Position numbers and translations under genes: made by a program. From positions 1 through 46,311 of the forward strand of contig NW_024705419.1 in the NCBI RefSeq assembly GCF_018977255.1: 46,311 bases of DNA, in the 5' to 3' direction. Under the pieces are notes generated by a model. That model saw only the letters and a program-made list of their open reading frames with translations, did not search any database and was not told the origin of the DNA. This DNA is from Callorhinchus milii (taxonomy: Eukaryota). Below, one piece after another: positions 37,401 to 46,311 of the stretch (the stretch's first letter is position 1; every line of letters begins with the position of its first letter).

Positions 37401-40400
37401 CTGAGACGCTACTCCATAAATGTGAAACTCTCCGAGAAGCTACTCCATCAATGTGAATCTCTCTGAGAAGCTACTCCATCAATGTGAAACTCTCTGAGAA
37501 GCTACCGCATCAATGTGAACCTCTCTGAGAAGCTACTCCATCAATGTGAAACTCTCCGAGAAGCTACTCCATCAATGTGAAACTCTCCGAGAAGCTACTC
37601 CATCAATGTGAAACTCTCTGAGAAGCTACTCCATCAATGTGAAACACTCTGAGAAGCTACTCCATCAATCCCACTCCATCGCTCTCTCCCCAGAGCCCTG
37701 GAAACTTGTCCTCACCAAATAATTATCTACTTCTACCTTAAAAGTTGCTATCGAATTGAACTCCACCACCCCTTCGGGCAACGCATTCCAGATCCCAACA
37801 AATGCGCTGTGTAAAAAAAATTCTTCTCACCTCCCCTCTATTCCTTTGAACAACTATTTTAAATTGGTGTCTTCAGGTTTACCAATTCACCCGCCAGTGG
37901 AAATTGTTTCATCCTATTGTATTGCCTCATCATTTTGAAAACTTCGATTGAGTCTCCTCTGAACCTCCTCCGCTTCAAGGAGAATAATCCTCGCTTCTCT
38001 CGCCTCTCGTGATAACTGAAGCACCTCAGTCCTGGTACCATCCTGGTCCATCTCCTTTGCACTCTCTCCAAAGCCTTGACATCCTTCATAAAGTGTGAGG
38101 CCCAGAACTGAACACAGTCTCGAGCTGAGGCCTAACCAGTGGTTTATAAAGGTTCATCATAACTTTTCTATCCTCATTCTTCCTCCCAATATGCAACACT
38201 TCGCATTTCTCCTCATCAGACTTCATCTGCCACGTGTCTGCCCATTTTACCAGTCTGTCTATATCTATTTGCAGTCCGTTACTATCCTCCGCACTGTTTA
38301 CTACTTTTCCTAGCTTGGAAACTTGGAAATTGTACTCCGCTATATGCAAGCCGAGGTAATTTATATATATAACAAACAGCAGTGGTTCGAATACTGATCT
38401 CTGGGGGACACCACTGCACACTTCCCTCCCATCAGAAAAACAACTGTTCACCACCACTCTCTGCTATCTGTCTCCCAGTCAGTTCTGTACCCGCTGCCGC
38501 TGTCCCTTTCGTACCGGGGGCTTCTATTTTGCTTACAAGTCTCTTATGTGGCACTTTATCAAATGTCTTTTGAAAATCCATATAAACTATATCAACTGCA
38601 CTACTTTCATCCACTCTCTCCGTTACTTCACCAAACACTCTTCCATGTTTATTACACATCATTTGCCTTGAACAAAACCATGTTGGCTTTCCTTTATTAA
38701 CCCATATTTTTCTAAGTGAAAATTTATTTTGTCTCGGATGAGAGACTCTAGAAGTTTCCTCACTACTGATGTTAGCCTGTAAGTACCGAATGTAAACCTG
38801 CTGCCCCTTTTTGTACAGCGGAGTAACATTTGTAACCCTCCAATCCACTGGCACCACTCCAGTGTCCAAAGAGAATTGAAAGGTTGTAGACCGAGCCTCC
38901 GCTATTTCCACCCTTACTTCCCTCAGTAAGCGAGGCAGCATCCCGTCTGGACTGGGTGAATTATCTACCTTGAGCACCGCCAACCTTGTTGGTACCTCCT
39001 CTCTGTTTATTCTTATCGTATCCAATTTCTCTACACTCTCCTCCCATACTGTGCTATTGGCTCCATCCTCTCCTTTTGTGAAGGCAAATGCAAAGTCCTC
39101 ATTCAGTACGCCACAAGAAGATTTCCTCTTTGGTCCCTAGTTGGACCCACCCTACTTTTGACTAATTTATTTTTCTTTATATGCTAATAAAATACCTTTG
39201 CATTTGGTTTGTCACCAAACTATCTCCTCTTTGAAGGCTTCCCATTGCTCGTGAGCTGTTTCACCCGCCAATCCTTCTTTCCAGTCCAGCTTGGCCGGGT
39301 TGCTTTTAAACTTTTAAACTCACTGAAATTAGCTCTCTTTCTGTTGAGTACCTTCACCTTTAGTTGCTCCTTGTCCTTTTCCATAATTTCTCCAAACCTA
39401 TTGATGTTGTGATTACTGTTGTCCAGATGCTCTCCTGCTGAAACCTGCTCCGCTTGCCCACTTCAATCCCCAGAACGAGATGCAGCACTGCTTCCTTCCC
39501 GGTTGCACTGGAAACATACTGTGAAAGTTATCCTGCACACATCTCGGGAATCCTTCCCCTTCCTTGGTCTTTACATTGTTATTTTGTTAGTCTATGTAAG
39601 GATAATTGAAGTGCCCCGTTATCATTATTTTATTGGTTTTGCATCTTTCTGAAATGTGCTTGAAGATTTGCTCGTCTATCTCCTTCCCACTATTTGGTAG
39701 TCTATAGTATACCTCTAACATAGTAACAGCTCCTTTTCTGCTCCTTAACTCAAACCGAAATGATTCTGATTTTAGACCCTCTCGCTCATCGTCCCTTTCC
39801 AATGCCGTAACTGTGCCATTAATCAATATTGCCGATCAAGAAGTTTATGAAGGGGCGGATTAAGGTAAAGATCTCGGACAGTTGTTGATGTACGCAGTGC
39901 GGGTTGTGCGGAGGGACGTGAGGAGAAAGTAGCAGCAAGAATTGTCAGAGATAAAACAGGAGAAAATAAACTTATTGGGCAGAATTACCAAATTATCAGC
40001 TCGCCAGTACCGCGGCACAGTGTGTGGGAGCTGGTGTCACACGCACTCAAAAGAGGGCAAGAGAAATTAAAAGAAAAGAATAGAGAACGGCAAGGGGAAT
40101 TAAAAGAAAGGAACAGTTAATGGCAAGAGAGAGAAAGAGAGAAAAACTCTTGCTCGCTGGAGAACCTGAGTTACAATGTCATCTGGCCACAACGGGTGCG
40201 TAGTATATGGGTTCAGCCATTACACCAGAACAATGCAGAATTAAAAGGTGTATTGGTAGAGGGAGAGAGGATGGGTTTGAGAGTAGGTGGGAGAGAGAGA
40301 AGGGAGGGGTAGAAGGGAGAGGAGGGGGTAAATGGGAAAGGAGAGAGGGGAGAGAGAGAAAGAGAGGAAGACGGAGAGAAACAGGGGGCAGGTGGGGAAG

Positions 40401-41396
40401 TGAAAGAGGGGAGAGGTGGGACGGAGAGGAGCAGGGAGGTCACAAAACTCCGGACCCCCATCACGCTAGTTCTTCCTTGGCTGCACTGCCTCCCAATAAC
40501 CGAACGGATCAACTTCAAGATCCTCTCACCCGTTTTTTAAAAGAAAACCTTCACGCCGTCGCACCTCCCCACCTCTCACCGATTTGCTTACCACCTCCTC
40601 CATAACCCGCTGCCTCCCTGCACTCGGCCAGTTCCACCTTCTCTGTTTCTCCCTCTCGCCCTCTACTCAACCGTCCGTGGTTGGGCTTTCAGCCGCTGTG
40701 CCCTGAAACTCTGGAACTCTCTACGTCAATGCCTCCCCCACCCCCACCACCCACTCTTCATCCCCCTCCCTACTCTTCCTTTCTAGCTCTCCCCTCTCCC
40801 CTGGCTGGGGATGAGACTCTAACCCTGTCAAGCAATCTGGGGCGCTACTCTGCACGAACAGCGCTACCTAAATCCAAGTCGGAGGGACCCATTCTGCTTA
40901 CCTAATTCCGAAATATATTAGGGTGCGTTGGCAAGAGCCAACACTTAGGGACTTGAGTCGTGCATTGGGGTAACTGCTGAAGTGAAGCTAAAACCCCCCC
41001 AAAAATTTAAAACAAGATAAAACAGCATTTTTGCTTTCATTACAAGCTTTCACGCTCATTATCGCTGGAATGCTGTTGCGTACTACGGACCGGCCAGGCT
41101 CAGGAACCGGGCTGGAGAACGTCAGAGGACTGGCCCGATTCCAGCGTCCCACTGCCAAACACGTTGGTTTGGGGCCAGTTCAGTTCAGCATTATTCGAAA
41201 AGAGAAGGGAGTTTCTCTCTCCTTGTTTCCTGGCTGACAACCCCCCCCCCCCCCCACCCCACTGCATGTCACACCTAAAAACACTGCCCTTTACACAGTA
41301 TATTACATGATGCGGTTTGAAACGTCGCGACAATGCAATAATGTACTATACGAAATGCAAGGATTGTTATTATTATATACAGTTAACTCACCACAT
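27687..41396 (-). CDS. c1s: Complement C1s-like (C1r/C1s/MASP family) serine protease, 9 coding exons: 41396-41392, 36829-36613, 33839-33668, 32949-32827, 31375-31254, 30749-30671, 30542-30405, 29672-29598, 28441-27687 (1686 nt, 561 aa; SP-CUB1-EGF-CCP1-CCP2-protease, no CUB2)
   Basis: All junctions are GT-AG with matching phases. N-terminus MWFILWLLLTAWESRC; CUB GEISSPNYP; EGF DINEC; two CCPs resembling C1s (FQDTVKVSCVKGYEIVE, CTAEGSWENRHLG..PVCIP). The protease is a single exon with TAAH/DIAL/GDSGG, an AGC serine codon and no histidine-loop cysteines. The C1s versus C1r/MASP assignment is by recalled similarity. Confidence 0.85.
28857..29304. mobile_element. Tail-to-tail fused pair of tRNA-SINEs (plus 28857-~29020, minus ~29021-29304)
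   Basis: Both ends begin with GTGGAGTCCTGTAGCTCAGTGG on opposite strands, and both tails are truncated at the junction. Confidence 0.85.
29598..29672 (-). CDS. C1s-like CCP2 second-half exon
   Basis: tttacag|ENFSCTAEGSWENRHLGAHVPVCIP|gtaaaa, 75 nt, phase 1-1. Confidence 0.9.
30405..30542 (-). CDS. C1s-like CCP2 first-half exon
   Basis: PVDCALPPGIENG...IQYQCNEPYYKM..|gtgagt, 138 nt, phase 1-1. Confidence 0.9.
30671..30749 (-). CDS. C1s-like CCP1 second-half exon
   Basis: ttttttcccag|GLKTLPYFFAECNKNGTWNTFGYSCQ|gtaagt, 79 nt, phase 0-1. Confidence 0.9.
31254..31375 (-). CDS. C1s-like CCP1 first-half exon
   Basis: tttcactgcag|EIGTYCPGYLAPLNILEPHWDKFYFQDTVKVSCVKGYEIVE|gtaatt, 122 nt, phase 1-0. 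Confidence 0.9.
31450..32420 (+). mobile_element. Old L1/Tx1-like LINE remnant (tentative)
   Basis: Degenerate frame containing CPMCRRKGCANVLIHFMLSC, similar to the C-terminal CCHC zinc knuckle of L1/Tx1 ORF2. Many stops. Confidence 0.35.
32827..32949 (-). CDS. C1s-like calcium-binding-type EGF exon
   Basis: ttttcag|DINECDIVAHNCSHFYGNKIGSFHCYCSLGFVIHSSGHTCE|gtaaat, 123 nt, phase 1-1. Confidence 0.9.
33045..33280 (+). mobile_element. Deu-domain SINE (AmnSINE1/SacSINE1-like); other remnants at ~3010-3200 (-), ~8040-8270 (-), ~35340-35560 (-)
   Basis: Motif cggaggcaccgttgttcagatgagacattaaa...gctattggaaaagagaagggagtt resembles the recalled Deu core and recurs in the window. Confidence 0.6.
33668..33839 (-). 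CDS. C1s-like CUB1 second-half exon
   Basis: ttcttacag|VVTEVKELFNVCGR...VLFQSETSNEDRLTGFLALYSRV|gtaagg, 172 nt, phase 0-1. Confidence 0.9.
34844..35172 (+). mobile_element. tRNA-derived SINE, full length, young
   Basis: A/B boxes, conserved body and (ATT)n tail. Confidence 0.92.
35761..36092 (-). mobile_element. tRNA-derived SINE, full length, young
   Basis: Reverse complement of the 34844 copy with few differences; (TAA)n at 35761-35785. Confidence 0.92.
36613..36829 (-). CDS. C1s-like signal peptide and CUB1 first-half exon
   Basis: ccag|(W)FILWLLLTAWESRCIQLTDISGEISSPNYPLEYP...CEREYIK|gtataa, 217 nt, phase 2-0. Confidence 0.9.
37344..37669. repeat. 31-bp minisatellite, ~10.5 copies (AAGCTACTCCATCAATGTGAAACTCTCTGAG)
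   Basis: Units start at 37344, 37375 ... 37561 ... 37654 with an exact 31-bp period. Confidence 0.95.
37670..39830 (-). mobile_element. CR1 LINE ORF2 (endonuclease to RT to 3' UTR), degenerate
   Basis: Broken ORFs: VYYRLPNS..GHFNYPYID; SPSPDGMLPRLLRE..DWRVTNVTPLYKKG; DIVYMDFQKTFDKVPH; SGVPQRSV; KDVKALERVQRRWTRMVPGL. Confidence 0.92.
41392..41396 (-). CDS. C1s-like initiation exon (ATG TG|gtgagt)
   Basis: CCAACATGTG followed by a consensus donor. It supplies the phase-2 'MW' start typical of C1r/C1s genes. Confidence 0.7.
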
Positions 41397-41739
41397 GTTG
41401 GATGTCAATTAGCAGGAGACGCGTTTAGCAATCACAGGCCCTGAATATCCTGCGGTTATCATTTTTGTGCAGACCTATGGGTTATCTGGTCATGTTAGCA
41501 TTGCTTCGGACTTTGCCTCTTCTGCTGAAGGACATTGATTGCTTTCCTTTCACCTCTCCTGAGCCTCTGTGAATAACTGACCGCCCCACAAAGGCTGATT
41601 TTTAATAAGAACTTCTCTTTCCCAACAGCGGACAAGAAATGTTTAATGTCCACCTGAACAGGGTCTCGGTTTAACCACACAAGTCTGCCAGGGCCTTCAA
41701 ATGGCGCAAAGGCTATTTACTAGAATTATTTCAGTGATG

Positions 41740-42190
41740 TGGGACTTCAATACGTGGAGAGATTAGAGAGATATGGATTTTTCTCCTTGCATCAGAGATA
41801 ATGCAGGGGATATTCGATAGAATTGTTCCAAATTATGAGGGTTTGATCCGAGTAAATTTGGTAAAAAAAACAGTTTCCTCCAGTAGGTGGGTTGATAGCC
41901 AGTGGACAAAGATTGAAGATAATTGGCAAATAGAATCAGAGGGGAAGCAAAGAGATTTGTTTTATCGAGAGTGTCGTTACAATCTGGAATGCAATGCCTC
42001 AAAGGGTGATGGGACTAGCTTTCAAAAGGGAATTGGATATGAACTTGCAACTGGCTCCGCCAGTGTCAAGCACTCTGGGACACTACCCCGTATGAGGGTT
42101 ACTACGTAAGTGCAAGTTGTTGTCGTTGAAAAGGAAATTTTGCAGGGCTATGCAGTAAGAGCGGTGGAATGGGACTAGTTGGATAGTACT
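41740..42190 (+). mobile_element. CR1 3' fragment
   Basis: Degenerate RL..L.LFSL..R.LRGD region and CR1 3' UTR (ggaatgggactagttggatag). Confidence 0.65.
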
Positions 42191-42844
42191 CGATATGAAG
42201 GATGGTAGCTCCAGCACTCCTACAGCCCCGCACTAGGCTCCTCGACCCTATCACCCCCCCCCCCCCCCCCCCACCCATCCTTCCTCAACTCCACTGGCTC
42301 ACACAGAGGATACAGTTCAGGATCCCGCGCCTCACCTTCAAAGTCCTCCACAGTCGATCACACTGTTTCCCGTCCTGACCTCCCCACTCCCCACTCTGAC
42401 CCCCAGCTCGGGTCCGTTACTCCGTCTGGCCAGCGCCTTGAGACATACTCCCGACATTAAAGGCGCTATGCGACTGTAATTTTGTTGTTGCTGCGTCTGT
42501 GTGTGTTTCAGTGTGTGTCTGAGTATGTAAGTTACTGTGTGCGAATGTGTTTGTGTGTGTTTCAGAGAGAAAAACTCCGCCGCCTGTATTCAGCCACTAC
42601 GCCCCAAAACTCATAGGATCATAGAAGTATACAGCACAGAAGGCGGCCATTCAGCCCATCGTGTCTGCACCAGTTCTTTGAAAAAAAACCAACCGAATCA
42701 ACCAAACTTCCCTGCGCTCTCCCCAAAGCCCTGCAAACTTGTCCTCCCTAATTCTGGAACATTTCAAACCAATCCCTCTGGCTTGTCACCTCTTCTCCAT
42801 TTTCAGATCATGGCCGAAGATGTTCACTGTTAAATGCTCCGCTG

Positions 42845-43430
42845 CCCCAACAACAACAACAACTTGGATGTATATAGTGCCCTTCACGCCAGACGGCATC
42901 TCAGAGCTTCACAGTAATGGATCCCGGGGCCGAGCCAGGGGGAGGTGGGGGAGCCAGGGGGAGGGGGAGGGGGGGGATGGTTACCAAAGGCGCTGTCGAA
43001 AAGGTCTTCAGAAGGGATCCGAAAGTAGGAAGAGAGAGGGCGAGCTGAAGGGAGTGAGGAAGGGAGTTCCAGAGCCTCGGGGCGCAGTGGTCGAAGGCAC
43101 GGCCACCGAGGAGCGGAGGACTCGGGGGACGAGGAGGAGGCCAGACCTGGAGGATCGAAGGCAACAAGTACTGTTTTGAGCAGAGAGGAGGTCAGAGAGA
43201 TCGGGGGGGGGGGGGGTGCAGAGGAGGGGAGGTATTTGAATGCAAGGGTGAGGATCTTGAAGTGGATCCCTCTCTGGGACAGGAGCCAGTGCAGTCTGGT
43301 CAGGACTGGGTTGGGGGTCGGGGAGCGGAGTTTGGGGGTGGGGGGGAGGGCCAGGACTGGGGGGGATCGGGGACGGAGTTTGGCGAGGGTGAGAATGCGA
43401 ACGGCAGAGTTTGGGATGATGAGTTTTGGA
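42845..43430 (-). mobile_element. L2 LINE 3' fragment
   Basis: Minus-strand LHWLLSQR..HFKILTLAFK and GGRAFDHCAPRLWNSLP..LKT motifs, (TTG)n tail; homologous to 13636-14170. Confidence 0.8.
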
Positions 43431-43579
43431 TGCCCCGCATTAAAGGCGCTGTGTATATGTAGTGTTGGTGTTGGTGTTATTGTAAACCGAGCTCTTTAAG
43501 GGGTATCTTCACTGTGTCCAAACTCGTCGCCACCTTTTCCCCCTAAAAATATGTTGGTACTGCATGAAAGTCGCGGTAT

Positions 43580-43880
43580 GCAATCCTATAGCTCAGTGGT
43601 TATAGCACTCGCCTTACAAGCGAGTGACCTGGGTTTGATTCCCAGGTGGGATGGGGCGAAACCTTCGGCGAGTTCCCTTCCTCTTCACACACCTCCGTTG
43701 ACCGAGCAGTCAGTAGGAACCCGGCTGTTAGTCAATTGGCAGATCACTTTTTCGGGAGTAATAATTCCTTTAAAAAAAATAATAATAAATTGGTCACTCA
43801 ATCCACGACTGTTTGCTTTGCACGATTGGCTGCTGCGCTTCGCCCATAAAACATAGTCTATTCACTTTACAGTATATTCT
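43580..43880 (+). mobile_element. Older tRNA-SINE subfamily copy
   Basis: tcctatagctcagtggttatagcactcgcc..gggtttgattccc head plus diverged body. Similar copies at ~22400-22770 (+) and ~34450-34815 (-). Confidence 0.75.
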
Positions 43881-43917
43881 GAATATATATGGCGGATGTT
43901 ATAGATTTACACACCAA

Positions 43918-44067
43918 GGTGCGCGTTTCCGACACGCGGTTGATCGCGGCGCACGTTTCAGACACGCAGCTGATCGCGGTGCGCGATTCAGACACGCGGC
44001 TGATCACGGTGCGCGTTGCGGACACGCGGCTGATCACGGTGCGCGTTTCGGACACGCGGCTGATCAC
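43918..44067. repeat. 30-bp CpG-rich minisatellite, 5 copies (GGTGCGCGTTTCGGACACGCGGCTGATCAC)
   Basis: Exact 30-bp period visible from 43921 to 44067. Confidence 0.92.
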
Positions 44068-45029
44068 CGTATTTCTGAACACGTGGGACAGCTGATGTGC
44101 CGATGCTTGACTTGCCCGAGTTAATTAAATCAAATATTAACCATCATGTTGTAATATCACCATTCGGTCAGTCACCTCTCAGTCTCCACAAGGCCGTCCT
44201 CAGAAGGCACTGACATTATGGGAAATGATCCCATGTTTTTCTTTCGGAATGTCCATTGAAGTTTAGAGACGCGTTTCCATCTTTCCAGTGGAGTAAAAGA
44301 GGGATTTGTCCCATTTTTTTTCTCAGAAGAGAAAGTGTGATCACACCTATGGGTTTCTTGTGACAAAAAACAATTCTTGGCGGATAAAAGGGTCTTTTCC
44401 AGGGAATTTTTTTTCTTTGAGGAGAGCGTGGGATCGGCTGGCGGTTGTTTCTTTGTCAGGCGGGTTTCCAGGATTTTACTTGAAGAAAACGGAGAGGGAA
44501 AAATACACTTTTTCGGGTTTTAGCACTTTTTTTGAAAATCCTAGCGGGAAAGGGAATTTAAAAAGGCGAATTCCCGGGAATTTTTTTCCTCGAGAGATCC
44601 GAGTAGGATCGCTGCGTTTTCTTTTTTAACCAAAAAGGATTCTTCCCCAGAAGGAATTCTTACCGCAGACGCGATGCTCCGGGCGGCCCCGACGTTCCGA
44701 GGTCCTCGCTGGCCGCAGATCACAAGCCGATCGCTGAGGGTGGGAGACGGATCGCCCAGAGACTTGGCACTGGATTTCCGAGATGGGCGGGCATTCCAGG
44801 TAAAATCTGGCTGGGAGCTCATCCGAGGATTGCTGATTTTCCGCATGTGTTCGTTTCCCACTCTGGTCAACAACGCTGAAAAGGTAAATAATAATAATAA
44901 TAATAATAATAATCCTTGCATTCGATTCGGCATCTTATCACAGCTCCGAGACGACGTCCCAAACCGCTCCACAAAAAATACCGTCAAATGAACTGACTGT
45001 ATCTTTGTGGGCGAAACTGCACAGGAGCT

Positions 45030-45235
45030 GAGACTATTTATATCAGAAGCCGCCGGGGGACGCTCAGTGTCTCATGGAGAAAAGAAAGTGAGTCAACGTT
45101 TCGGGTCCACGGCTCTCCGTTCTGCCGAAGGTTTGCAGACCCGAAACGTTGACTCAATTGCCTCTCTCTATGGATGCTGCCTGACCTGCTGAGCGTTACC
45201 GGCCTCTTCTGCTTTCGTTTCAGATTTCCGGTGTT
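45030..45235. mobile_element. Short palindromic Penelope-like non-autonomous element
   Basis: Perfect 19-bp inverted repeat 45089-45107/45138-45156, flanked by the gatgctgcctgacctgctgag..tttcagatttcc motif recalled from shark Penelope-type repeats. Confidence 0.55.
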
Positions 45236-45829
45236 TCGTTAGTATTTATATTCGTACACGGTGTGAGTGAAAGAGAGAGAGAGGGACTGCGGGTCTGAAA
45301 TAGAGACTGTGTGCGCGTATTCCGAGAGAGAGGGACAGAGAGAGCTGCTGTGTGCAAGTATGTGAGACGTTGTGTATGAGAGATTATATGGGAGAGAGAT
45401 TCCGCACACGTACTCTCTCACGCACACTTTTCCTCTCTCACGCAGATTACCTCTCGCATAACGCATACTCTCCCTTAGACACACACAGTCTCTCTCTCTC
45501 TCTCTCGCATACAGTCTCTCTAACGCACAGTCGCTCTGTCACACAGAGAGTATCTCTCACGCAAACAGTCTCCTTCACGCGCGCACACACAGATGCGCTG
45601 CAGGTGTACGCGTCAGAGAGAGAGAGAGACTGGGGAGCTTTGAGAGGCAGGAAGGGCGACTCGGGCACAGGGGTTATCGGGAATACTCGGGAGTAATAAC
45701 AATAATATTCCTGGCGTTTCACACAGCACCTCAGCACATCTTCCAGATGTCTCGCAGCGCTTCGCTGAATACACTGCAAAGCGAACTGACTGTATATTTT
45801 GTGGGCAACGCGCGGCAGCCAAAGAGCGA

Positions 45830-46311
45830 CAGAGGGGGAGATGGGAATGGGGGAGACGGGGAGACGGGAATGGGGGAGAGGGGGATATGGGAGTGGGGGA
45901 GAAGGGACACGGGAGTGGGGGAGAGGGGGAGACGGGAGAGGGGGAGAGGCGGAGATGGGAGTGGGGGAGAGCGGGAGATGGGAGTGGGGGAGACAGGAGA
46001 GGGGAAAAGCGGTAGATGGGAGTGGGGGAGTTGGGGAGATGGGAGTGGGGAAGAGGGGGAGAAGGGAGTGGGGGAGAGGGGGAGACGGGAGTGGGGAGAG
46101 GGGAGATGGGAATGGGGGAGACGGGAGTGGGGGAGAGGGGGAGACAGGAGAAGGGGTGAGGGGGAGATGGGAGAAGGTGGGGGAGTGGTGAGGAGAGGGG
46201 AGGGGGAGGGAGAGGGAGAGGGGGGGGAGTGGCGAAGAGGGGAGAGGAGTGGTGGAGCGGGGAGTGGGGAGAGGGGAGGGGAGAGAGAGAGAGGAGAGGC
46301 AGAGGGGAGGG
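45830..46311. repeat. G/A-rich degenerate tandem repeat (GGGAGTGGGGGAGAGGGGGAGAC-like)
   Basis: Purine-rich array with a ~23 bp motif and G-runs. Confidence 0.85.

Noticed and set aside
37344..37669. Regular 31-bp repeats resembling a CRISPR array
   Set aside because: Head-to-tail units with no unique spacers, no cas genes, vertebrate intron context.

Overview
Repeat-rich vertebrate genomic DNA, most likely a cartilaginous fish. This is inferred from the expanded GPR139-like receptors, the tRNA-Ala/L2-tailed SINEs, the Deu-domain SINEs and the CR1/L2 LINE debris. Gene content: (1) an intact two-exon GPR139-like class A GPCR on the minus strand (8387-8318 + 5144-4237, 325 aa) spliced through a GC-AG intron; (2) a frameshifted, internally deleted paralogous GPCR pseudogene on the plus strand (23132-23927); (3) one orphan, frameshifted NLR/ribonuclease-inhibitor-type LRR exon (20638-20723); (4) a nine-coding-exon complement C1s-like serine protease gene on the minus strand (41396-27687) that splices by hand into an open 561-aa frame. 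The C1s-like protein is the most unusual element. Its architecture is signal-CUB1-EGF-CCP1-CCP2-SP with no detectable CUB2 exons, the EGF lacks one cysteine, and the CUB1 Ca2+/C1q-binding residues are altered, while the catalytic domain is intact. The rest is SINEs, LINE fragments, a probable solo LTR, a Penelope-like palindrome with a degenerate hammerhead core, minisatellites and low-complexity tracts. All family calls come from manual motif recognition, not database searches. No prokaryotic-type system (CRISPR etc.) is present.
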